Assembly: GCA_964586145.1 (NCBI GenBank)
Contig: CAZPHH010000006.1
Location: forward strand, 15,337 to 79,336
Origin: an uncultured Phycisphaeraceae bacterium
GTDB taxonomy: Bacteria > Planctomycetota > Phycisphaerae > UBA1845
Reading direction: 5' to 3'
Length of the DNA stretch: 64,000 nucleotides
Position numbers and translations under genes: made by a program. The notes under the pieces were generated by a model. That model worked only from the letters and a program-made list of their open reading frames with translations, searched no databases and was not told the origin of the DNA. This document shows, piece by piece, positions 44,654 to 53,200 of this stretch; within the stretch, counting starts at the first letter, position 1; the number at the start of each line of letters is the position of its first letter.

Positions 44654-45332
44654 CGTCTACGTGGTCGTGGAAGGCAAGGGCGAGCAGGGTTTCCTGACAA
44701 AAGTGGTCGCAGCAGCGTTGGTGCGGCGGGGCGTGTATGTGAACGCCGTTCTGGTGGGCAAGCCGGGAAGAAAGGGAGGCGTGAGACGCTGGGCCTCTGT
44801 CAGAAACGACGTCGTTCGATTCCTCAAGATGGACCGCCCGACGTATCCCGTCTTTGTCAGCACCATGTTTGACTAACACCGGATGCCGATGGACTGGCCC
44901 GGACGACAAACGAGCGTCGGGCTTCCCCACAGCCAGAAGGCAGCGCATGTGGAGGTCGCATTGACGGACGACATCACGGCGTCACCGATCGCAGACTTCG
45001 ACCGCCAGCGTTTCATCCCGTATATTCAGATATACGAGTTGGAGTCGCTCGTGCTGGCTGAGCCCAGGGCCGTCGCTACGGAATTCCCGGAAAGGCAGGC
45101 CGAGGTGAATCAGTTGGTCGCGAGCCTCGGCGAGACTGCACCCGAAGAGATCAACGATCATCCCCACTCGGCACCGTCTGTCCGGCTGATCAGGCACGTT
45201 CCCGAGTACGGTGCGCGCAAGGCCTCGGCGGTGGTCAACATCCTCGCGAGCATCGGGCTGGATACGCTCCGGGCAAGATGTCCACACTTCAACGACTGGA
45301 TCACGTCCTTGGAGACCATTGGCACACGATGA
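44646..45332 (+). pseudogene. DUF4276 (Toprim-like) gene interrupted by one in-frame TAA
   Basis: ORFs 44646-44876 and 44883-45332 are in the same frame and are separated only by TAA at 44874-44876. The joined sequence reads ...PVFVSTMFD*HRMPMDWPG..., where the family, as I recall it, has ...TMxDYYGLPxDFPG, so the stop replaces a Tyr. Other family-like motifs are VVVEGKGEQGF, FIPYIQIYELESLVL (Tyr where I recall a His), EINDHPHSAPSVRL and CPHFNDWITSLE. Confidence 0.65.
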
Positions 45333-45435
45333 GTCTGCGGAATGAACCATGCGGCGCTTCGGGATGCGGAGTTTCGGGTGGCGGTATCCACCGCTCCCGG
45401 TTGGCGACGATCCGTCCTGCCCCATTCCGACAGGC

Positions 45436-45981
45436 TCAAGAGCTTGATTCGTCCCCTTTATGCACAACTTTGCCCTTGAGCTCCTCTTTGCGGATGCCGA
45501 GTTCCTCGAAGCTCTGTTTGAAGCCGCGCAGGGTGCCGCATTCCGGGCAGCGGGGCACGGTAAGGCCCTGGAGGCGGTAGCCGCACCGGAGACAGCGGAT
45601 GTCGTCCTCGGTGCCTCTCGCCGATGGCGCCGACCGATCCGGTCTCAGTAACAACACGGCCGCTCGGATCGACAGGATCCCAATCGGAAGCAGCGCGACG
45701 CCGCCCACGATCATGGTCAGCGCGGCCGGCATCCGATGCGTTCGGTCCACCCACAACAGAACCTGCGCCAGCAGCGTCAGCAGGAGGCCGATCATGGCCG
45801 CCGCGCGCAGCACTATCGGCAACGGAGTCGAGACGAGCATCCCCGCAGCGACCGTCCCCCGCGTGGCAAGGATCGCGCCTACCCACACGCTGGCGACCAA
45901 GACCACAAGCCCGTTCAGCATCGCGGCCCGGCGACGTGGGTCACGGGTTTTCGACAGGGTCGGCATGCCGGGTGCCTCCAT
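45436..45981 (-). CDS. Polytopic membrane protein with C-terminal zinc ribbon
   Basis: The likely start is ATG 45981 (MEAPGMPTLSK...). Four hydrophobic helices are followed by CLRCGYRLQGLTVPRCPECG. The track N-terminal extension overlaps the H1-like gene and is its Pro/Arg-rich mirror frame. Confidence 0.55.
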   Translation of the reverse strand: MEAPGMPTLSKTRDPRRRAAMLNGLVVLVASVWVGAILATRGTVAAGMLVSTPLPIVLRAAAMIGLLLTLLAQVLLWVDRTHRMPAALTMIVGGVALLPIGILSIRAAVLLLRPDRSAPSARGTEDDIRCLRCGYRLQGLTVPRCPECGTLRGFKQSFEELGIRKEELKGKVVHKGDESSS

Positions 45982-46060
45982 CGGCAACAGGCGCCGCTCC
46001 TGACGTAAAGTGCGACGATGCGTCCAGCGCGGCGGCAGGAGCCGGCCCGGCGCGCCCGGA

Positions 46061-46666
46061 TCACTTCTTCTTGCGAGGCGCCTTGGGCTTCTTGGCTTTG
46101 GGGGCTTTGGCTGCGGATTTGGCTGGGCCGGGCTTCGCCTTGGCCACCGCCCTGGCTGCCTTGGGGGCCTTCTCGGCGGCGGTGGCCTTGGCCGATGCCT
46201 TCCGGCCGGTGGGTGCTTTCGATTTGGCGGTCGCCGCTTTTTTCGCAACCGGACGCGTCGCGGTTTTGGGCAGGGGTTTGGAGGCGACCGCTTCCACCTT
46301 CTCCACTGGCCGCGGTGGGGTCGGGCGGGCCTTGATCGCGCGGGCTCTTATGTCCTCATCGAGAACGCGAGCCGGCGTCGGCTCCCATTTCTTCTTCACA
46401 CTCGGCGCCGGAGGCACGGAGTCCGTCAGGGGGGTGACCAGCAGTCCCGTGTAATAGCCTTCCTTCTCGAGCCGAGCCAACTGCGCGTCAGCGTCTTTGC
46501 GCTCGACGCACTTGAGCAGCGTCAGAGTCAGCCCGTCGGCATACCCGGTGAGCTTCCAGGCAAACGCCGGCGGCTCCTTCTTCCGCGCCGCGCTGCTGCC
46601 GGACGCTGCGCCTTCGCCTTGCTGTTCCTTTGGCTTAATGTCCGTCTCTTTGGATTCGTCAGCCAC
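46061..46666 (-). CDS. Histone-H1-like Lys/Ala-rich DNA-binding-type protein
   Basis: The gene has a GTG start. The N-terminal globular part reads FAWKLTGYADGLTLTLLKCVERKDADAQLARLEKEGYYTGLLV. The C-terminal ~90 aa read ...KPLPKTATRPVAKKAATAKSKAPTGRKASAKATAAEKAPKAARAVAKAKPGPAKSAAKAPKAKKPKAPRKKK. Confidence 0.6.
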   Translation of the reverse strand: MADESKETDIKPKEQQGEGAASGSSAARKKEPPAFAWKLTGYADGLTLTLLKCVERKDADAQLARLEKEGYYTGLLVTPLTDSVPPAPSVKKKWEPTPARVLDEDIRARAIKARPTPPRPVEKVEAVASKPLPKTATRPVAKKAATAKSKAPTGRKASAKATAAEKAPKAARAVAKAKPGPAKSAAKAPKAKKPKAPRKKK

Positions 46667-46791
46667 GGCTTGGACCTGCTCGCCAGAATAGTCACTAGCA
46701 CCGGCGCCCCAGCGTGACCGCCTGCACCGGGGAGAACGCGGGGCAACCTGCGGGCGACGGCCGGGGGCCCATAAAGGTTCCCCGCTTGCAC

Positions 46792-46865
46792 CGCGCCCGG
46801 GAGGACTCGAACCTCCAACCTGCTGGTTCGAAGCCAGCCACTCTATCCACTTGAGCTACAGGCGC
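46792..46865 (-). tRNA. tRNA-Arg (anticodon UCG)
   Basis: The minus strand reads GCGCCTGTAGCTCAAGTGGATAGAGTGGCTGGCTTCGAACCAGCAGGTTGGAGGTTCGAGTCCTCCCGGGCGCG. The 7-bp acceptor pairs GCGCCTG with CGGGCGC, with one G-U pair. The D arm is GCTC/GAGT. The anticodon stem is GCTGG/CCAGC with loop CTTCGAA (anticodon TCG). The T arm is GGAGG-TTCGAGT-CCTCC. The total is 74 nt and CCA is not encoded. Confidence 0.9.
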
Positions 46866-46927
46866 TTCCAGCGTTCGTTCGATCACGCCTCCCCACCGCC
46901 CCACCCCGCGGCGGACGGCTGGCCCGC

Positions 46928-46956
46928 ATTATAGGGGCCGGCCCGCGCCGTGTCAC
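46928..46956 (-). promoter_or_regulatory. Candidate sigma70-type promoter upstream of tRNA-Arg
   Basis: The minus strand reads GTGACA (46956-46951), a 17-nt spacer, then a perfect TATAAT (46933-46928). It lies about 60 nt upstream of the tRNA 5' end. Confidence 0.45.
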
Positions 46957-47049
46957 CTCCGGCGACCGAGATTGCCGCCACGTCCCGCTTCTGTGCCGGG
47001 CCGCGAGGCGGTAGCATTCAGACTGCCCAGATGACAGGAGGCTGAACCG

Positions 47050-48201
47050 ATGCGTGACGCAGTTGTGCGAAGGTGGGTCAGGGTGGCCGGGATGGGCGCT
47101 CTCATCCTGGCCGGGGCCGCCGTGGCCGAGGAGAACACCATGAGTTCCCGGGCACGCCAACCGCTCCGACCGCCAGCCCTCCGGACGGGCGACACCATCG
47201 GGATCGTCGCCCCCGGGCATCCGCTGGACCGCGACCGGATTGACCGGGCCGTCCGCCGACTCGAGGGCATGGGCTTCCGGGCCTGCGTCATCGGCGACGT
47301 TTACACCCGCCGCGGATACCTGGCCGCCACCGACGCCGAGCGGGCCCAGGCCATCATGGCGGCCTTCCTGGACCCCCAGGTCAAGGCCGTCTTCTGCGGC
47401 ACCGGCGGCTACGGCACCACCCGCATCCTGGAACGGCTGGATTTCGATGCCATCCGCCGCAACCCCAAAATCCTGCTCGGGTTCAGCGACGTCACGGCCC
47501 TCCACCTGGCGATCCACAAGGAGACCGGCCAAGTCACGTTCCACGGTCCGAACCTGATGTGGGGATTGGGCAGCGAAGACCGCAACCTCACGCCGTTCGC
47601 CTCCGTCCATCTCTGGCGCAACCTTTGCGATTCCAATACGTTAGAATCAATTGTCGCCCGTTCGGCCAAGCCCGATTCCAGTGAGCCGGTGCCCGGCTTC
47701 GAAGCCCTGACGCGGCCCACCCCCGACAACCTTCTGCGGTACGACCTGTCCCTCTGCGAGCCGGAGACCCTGGCCCCGACAACCATCCGCCCGGGGCGGG
47801 CGCGGGGACGCCTGGTTGGCGGGAACCTCTCGCTGGTCTGTGCCCTGATGGGTACCCCGTGGCAAATCGAGACGAAGGGGCGCATCCTGTTCCTCGAGGA
47901 CGTCGGCGAGCAACCGTACCGGATCGACCGGTTCCTTCGCCAGCTCAAGCACGCCGGCCTGCTGGACGGCGTCGCCGGCGTGATCCTCGGCCGCTGGCAC
48001 AAGTGCGTCCCGGACAATCCGGAGAAGAGCATGACCCTGGACGAGGTTTTCGCCGACTACTTCAGCGACGCGCCGTATCCCGTGGTCGCGCAGTTCCCCG
48101 TCGGCCACGTGCGGGACAACGCCACGCTCCCGCTCGGCGTCCTGGCCGAGCTCGACGCCACCGCCCTGACCCTCACCCTGCTGGAACCCGCCGTGGAGTG
48201 A
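47050..48201 (+). CDS. ldcA: LD-carboxypeptidase (S66, muramoyltetrapeptide carboxypeptidase)
   Basis: Diagnostic motifs are GDTIGIVAPGHPLD, GGYGTTRIL, LLGFSDVTALHLAI (nucleophile Ser), GGNLSLVCALMGTPW and ILFLEDVGEQPYRIDRFLRQL. A signal-like N-terminus is present. Confidence 0.8.
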   Translation: MRDAVVRRWVRVAGMGALILAGAAVAEENTMSSRARQPLRPPALRTGDTIGIVAPGHPLDRDRIDRAVRRLEGMGFRACVIGDVYTRRGYLAATDAERAQAIMAAFLDPQVKAVFCGTGGYGTTRILERLDFDAIRRNPKILLGFSDVTALHLAIHKETGQVTFHGPNLMWGLGSEDRNLTPFASVHLWRNLCDSNTLESIVARSAKPDSSEPVPGFEALTRPTPDNLLRYDLSLCEPETLAPTTIRPGRARGRLVGGNLSLVCALMGTPWQIETKGRILFLEDVGEQPYRIDRFLRQLKHAGLLDGVAGVILGRWHKCVPDNPEKSMTLDEVFADYFSDAPYPVVAQFPVGHVRDNATLPLGVLAELDATALTLTLLEPAVE

Positions 48202-48224
48202 CGACCCCTCTGCGGCCCGTTGCC

Positions 48225-49643
48225 ATGGCATCCGCCTCGCGGGCCACGTTCTGCGACTGTATCCACTACACTGGTCCGTGCCGTTCGCAGGCCCGAACCC
48301 CGCAATTCCGAGTTCCAACGGTCGAAAGTCTGACGAGTCACGATACACTGCAGGACGGAGCCGACGTGGTGCGAAGCCTTTTTGACCAATACAACGAGCC
48401 CGAAAACCAGTTGACACACGCGCTGGCGTGTTGTCTGAATGAGGACAGGGGTCTTCTTCGCTCCTTTGCAGACTGGCTGGCCCGCCCACGGCCTCCAAGC
48501 CGCTGCACCCTGGAAGTTGTCGAACAAACCCTGCCGGGAGAGGAAGAAGATGCTGAGGAGCCGACGGATCAACAGGGTCTCCCGGACCTGTGGATCCACG
48601 ACCACGGAGAATGGTCCCTGATCATCGAGAACAAGGTACGATCGCCGGTCAACGCCGCTCAGATCAGCCGGCACCGTGCGACAGCGACTCGACGCGGGTT
48701 CATTCAACATTCTCTCATCGTGATTTCACCCGAAACGCCGCCGGATCGTTCGCTGGCGGGGGCACGCCATGTTCGTTGGTCGCAGGTTTACGAATGGTTC
48801 CTCCGGCGGCGGATCGGCTCCGAATGGGCTCGCCGTCTGGTGCATTACATGGAGTCTGTGGAGTCACGCATGACCGCAACCGGCTATCTTGAGAGGGGGA
48901 GTCTCACAACCTTCTCCGGAATTCGCTTCGGTCCGGACAACCCGTGGAGCTATCGCGAGGCCAAACGCCTGTTGCGACTCGCGTTGGATCAACTCCGCGC
49001 CGATCGGCGACTTGTCCGGCTGGGAATGGATCCGTCCGGCGCGGGACGCCCCGCCATCACAGGCAGGGAGGGATCGGCCGTCTGGGATTTCCTTCCACTG
49101 CGATACGCGGCGCGCGCGCAGAATTTCACCGCATATCCTCACCTTACGATGGGCATCCAGAGCACGCGGGTGCTCGTCATTGTGACTGTTCCGAACGGTG
49201 TGAGGGCTCCGTTGCGCCGCAACCTTCTCGCATTGGGCGAAGAAGGCTTCTGTGGGATCGCCATGCAGATCTGCGGGAACCTGGTTCGTTTGTTTCGTAA
49301 GGCCAACGGCGCCAAGCCGTGGGTGGACGTATGTCAGCGGCACTACCCGACGCAGCGTTCCGCTCCGATTGAGGACGCAAGACTCGAATTCGATCTGCGA
49401 ACGGCCGTCCCCCACGGCAGGAGACGCAGGAGTGGAGATGCGGTGAAGTCGCAACCCCAATGGCTCCGTGCCACATACGCTTCGTTGGCGACGAAGCGGT
49501 CCAACCTTCAGGTCGGTTTCGGGGCCGCGTTCTCACTCGATTGCCCCATCCTGCACTCGAAGCAGGCTCTTGATTACTTCTCCGGGACGTGGCTTGCCTG
49601 CGAGCCTCTCTTGAAGGTCCTGTTCTCAGGGAACCGGTCCTGA
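48225..49643 (+). CDS. Hypothetical protein with PD-(D/E)XK nuclease-type motif
   Basis: GLPDLWIHDHGEWSLIIENKVRSPVNAAQISRH matches the hD...ExK core of the restriction-endonuclease fold. The start is uncertain, either ATG 48225 or GTG 48366, which is preceded by GGAG. The region is visibly more AT-rich than the flanks. I recognise no family for the large C-terminal part. Confidence 0.45.
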   Translation: MASASRATFCDCIHYTGPCRSQARTPQFRVPTVESLTSHDTLQDGADVVRSLFDQYNEPENQLTHALACCLNEDRGLLRSFADWLARPRPPSRCTLEVVEQTLPGEEEDAEEPTDQQGLPDLWIHDHGEWSLIIENKVRSPVNAAQISRHRATATRRGFIQHSLIVISPETPPDRSLAGARHVRWSQVYEWFLRRRIGSEWARRLVHYMESVESRMTATGYLERGSLTTFSGIRFGPDNPWSYREAKRLLRLALDQLRADRRLVRLGMDPSGAGRPAITGREGSAVWDFLPLRYAARAQNFTAYPHLTMGIQSTRVLVIVTVPNGVRAPLRRNLLALGEEGFCGIAMQICGNLVRLFRKANGAKPWVDVCQRHYPTQRSAPIEDARLEFDLRTAVPHGRRRRSGDAVKSQPQWLRATYASLATKRSNLQVGFGAAFSLDCPILHSKQALDYFSGTWLACEPLLKVLFSGNRS

Positions 49644-49998
49644 GAACAGGACTTGGCTGAGCCGGGCTGCACGGCTCTGCATCCGGCCGCACTATTTCAC
49701 GCGAACCGAACCTTGCCAATCGGACGTCCCCTTTTCCATCTCTGCTCGCGCACCCATTCGATCGTCGCAACGGCGAAGCGGTTTCAGGCCCGTGAACGGG
49801 CCTGGGACCGAGGGCGGAAGATAGGCACTGCTCAAGAGCAGCGGCACATACACTCATCCGGTCCCTGCAGGACCGGCAGGTTGGGATGGGGCGGCGCGGA
49901 CCCGCGGTTGAGAACCGCGGGCTCATCTCGTCCTGGCCTACGGCCCTTTGGGGGCGGGTTGGGGGCCGATCTACTCATAGTTCCCCACCCCCGCTTGC

Positions 49999-50080
49999 CA
50001 TTCGCAATTCGTCACTCGCAATTCGCAATTCGTCCCGCCAATCGCAATTCATCGTTCGCCATTCGCAATTCGTTCCGCAA
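49999..50080. repeat. Irregular tandem array of a ~12-nt motif (ATTCGCAATTCG and variants)
   Basis: The array reads CATTCGCAATTCGT CACTCGCAATTCG CAATTCGT CCCGCCAATCGCAATTCA TCGTTCGCCATTCGCAATTCGT TCCGCAA. Related single copies lie in other intergenic spots. These are AATTGCGAATCGCGGATTGC (43147), ATCGCGAATCGCGAAT (59061), ATTCAATTCGCATCGCGATGAATTCGCA (32265) and the GAATTCGC arms of the hairpin at 53517-53547. Confidence 0.8.
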
Positions 50081-50246
50081 CTCCCCGCTGTGTTCCTGCG
50101 ACGAGGTACTGATCAAGAGCAGCGGCAAATGGGGGTCCGGAGCACTGCGCGAGAGGCAGTGGCATGCGTTGGGACCGAGACCCTGGACACCGCTGCGCGC
50201 CATCACGGGCAGATTGGAATCACCGTCTGGCAGGGCGGTGTCCCAC

Positions 50247-53200
50247 TCAGTTCGCGATCAGGTTCACCAGGCGGCCTTTGGCCACGATGACGCGGCGGAC
50301 CGTCTTGCCGGCGATGGCGTCGGCCACCTTGGCGTCGGCGCGGGCCAGCGCTTCGATCTGCGCGTCGTCCGCGTCGGCAGGCACGTGGATCCGGCTCTTG
50401 ATCTTGCCGTTGACCTGCACCGCGATCTCCACCGACTCGTCGCGAGCCAACGTCTCCTCGTACGCCGGCCACGCCTCGCCGATCAGTGACTGCTCGTGCC
50501 CCAGCCGCCGCCACAGCTCCTCCGCAATGTGCGGCGCGAACGGGGCCAGCAGCAGCACGAACGGCTCCAGCGCCGTACGCGGTCGCTTGCTCCGCGGCGT
50601 CATGAAGTTCACGAAGTCAAAGAACTTCGCGATGGCCGTGTTGAACTTGAGCTGCTCGATGTCGTCGCCCACGCCCCTGATCGTCTTGTGCAGCACGCGC
50701 AGACATTCGGCGTCCGGCTTCTCGTCCGCCAGGGCGGGCGACAGCCGGCCGGTCTCCTCGTCGATGAACAGCCGCCAGATGCGCGACAGCAGCTTGAACA
50801 GGCCGGGGACGTCCCGCGTGTTCCACGGCTTCGACGCCTCGATCGGACCCATGAACATCTCGTACAGCCGGAACGTGTCGGCCCCGAACTGCCCGATGAC
50901 ATCGTCCGGGTTCACCACGTTCTTCAGCGACTTGCTCATCTTCGCGATGACCGGCCCCACCGGCTCGCCCGTCTGCTTGTGGCGGAACTTGCCCTCGGAG
51001 ACCTCTTCCACCAGGTCCGGCGTGATGGTGGCCCCGCGTTCGTCCTTGAACGCAAAGCCCTGGATCATCCCCTGGTTCACCAGCTTCATGAACGGCTCGC
51101 AGGTGGAGACGCAATCCAGGTCAAACAGCACCTTGTGCCAGAACCGCGCGTACAGCAGGTGCAGCACCGCGTGCTCCGCCCCGCCCACGTACGTGTCCAC
51201 CGGCATCCAGTAGTCGTCGGCCATGCGGTCGCAGAACCGCGAGCTCAGCGTCGGGTTCAGGTAGCGCAGGTAGTACCAGCACGAGCCGGCCCATTGCGGC
51301 ATCGTGTTCAGGTCGTGACGCCACGTCGTCCCGTCCCGCTGCACGGTGACCCAGTCCTTCGCCCGGCCCAGCGGCGGCTCCGGAAGGGCGTCGGAGCCCT
51401 CCGCGACCGGCGTCGGCTTGAAATCCTCCATCGGCGGCAGGGCGACCGGCAGGTCCTTCTCGTCGTACGGAATGATCTCGCCGTCCTCGCCGTGCAGAAC
51501 CGGAAACGGCTCGCCCCAGTACTTCTGCCGGCTGAACACCCAGTCGCGCAGCTTGTAGTTCACCGCCCCCTGGCCCAGCCCGTTCTGCTCCAGCCACTGC
51601 GTGATCCGGGTCTTGGCTTTCGGCGTGGGCAGGTCATTGATCGTGCATACGTCGCGGGGCAGCCCGGCCCCCCCTCGCGGTGGCGAGTTGAGGTTCACGC
51701 CTTCGCCGACGAACGACTCCGCGAAGATCCCCGGATCCTCCGCGAACACGGGCAGGGCCACCTGCTGCAGCCAGCCGCTGTCCCCGTCCAGCAACGCCAT
51801 GGCGTTCTGCGCCGTGATGCCTCCCACGGTGCCCGCCGCAAGCGTGGCCGAGTCCAGCACCTCCTGCCGAAGGCTCGGTCGGCCTTTCCGGGCGCAGTAC
51901 TTCTCGTCGATGGCCCCACGGATGATCTGCTCGTGCAGCCACTCGCCCGGCGGGCGAACCACGGCCACGATCGGCAAGTCAAACGCCTTGGCAAAGTCGA
52001 AGTCCCGCGTGTCGTGCGCCGGGACGGCCATGATCGCGCCCGTGCCGTATCCCATCAGGACGTAGTCAGCCACCCACACCGGGATACGCTCGCCGTTGAC
52101 CGGGTTCAGCGCGTACGCCCCGGTAAACACGCCGGTCTTCTCTTTGGTGTCGGCCGTTCGGTCCAGGTCCGACTTGTGGCGAGCGACCGTGACGTATTCC
52201 TCCACCGAGGCTCGCTGATCCGGCGTGGTGATCTGGTCCACCAGCGGGTGTTCCGGGGCCAGCACCATATAGGTCGCCCCGAACAGCGTGTCCGGCCGCG
52301 TGGTGTACACGCGGATCGTGAACGGCTCCGGCCGGGCCGGGTAGCCGCCCGAGCGCCGCGCGGCCCGCCATTGCCCGGGATCCGGCGTAACCGGCGCCGC
52401 GGCCCCGCCGGAAACCAGCGGGAAGTCCACCTCGGCCCCCGTGCTGCGGCCAATCCAGTTTCGCTGCATGATCTTGATCGGCTCGGGCCAATCCAGCAGC
52501 TCCAGATCATTCAGCAGTCGCTCGGCGTACTTCGTGATGCGCAGCATCCACTGACGCAACGGGCGTCGGAACACCGGGTGGTTGCCGCGTTCGCTGCGGC
52601 CGTCGGACGTGACTTCCTCGTTGGCCAGCACGGTGCCCAGGGCGGGGCACCAGTTTACCGGCACCTCGTCGATGAAGGCCAGCCGCTGGTTGTTGATCGC
52701 CTGCCGCTGCTCGACGGGTGACAGCTCGCTCCACTTTCGGTGCGGCTGTTTCGGGTCGCGCACCAGCTTCAGCGCATCGTCCACGAAGAGCCTTTCGTTT
52801 CGCAGGGCCGCTTCCAGGTCGCTGACGGGCCGGGCCTTTCCCTTGTACGGCCGCCCGGTGTGGTCGGTCCAATCGAACTCGTCGTCGAACCAACTGTTGA
52901 ACATCTGCAGGAAGATCCACTGCGTGTGCTTGTAGTACTCCGGATCGCAGGTGGCGATTTCGCGGTCCCAGTCGTACGAGAAGCCGAACATCTTGAGCTG
53001 CCGCCGCATGTTCTCGATGTTGCGGCGCGTGGTAATGGCCGGATGCACGCCGTGTTCAATGGCGTACTGTTCCGCCGGCAGCCCGAACGCGTCATAGCCC
53101 ATCGGATGCAGGACGTTGAACCCGCGCATCCGCTTGTATCGCGAGTAGATGTCCGTCGCGCAGTACCCCAGCGGATGCCCCACGTGCAGGCCCGCGCCGC

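Noticed and set aside
44874-44876. Programmed recoding (Sec/Pyl or read-through) at the stop inside DUF4276
   Set aside because: The codon is TAA, not TGA (Sec) or TAG (Pyl). No SECIS-like hairpin is evident. A Tyr-to-stop point mutation (TAY to TAA) is the simplest explanation.
43147-46791. Integrated mobile element or prophage at the 3' side of tRNA-Arg
   Set aside because: I could see no integrase, recombinase or transposase ORF. I found no direct repeat of the tRNA 3' end. The H1-like and zinc-ribbon genes next to the tRNA have native-looking high GC. Only the ATPase/DUF4276 pair looks foreign, so I report it as an islet rather than a mobile element.
49999-50080. Possible CRISPR array
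   Set aside because: The units are only about 12 nt, irregular and directly abutting, with no unique spacers of 25-40 nt. No cas genes are present in the window.
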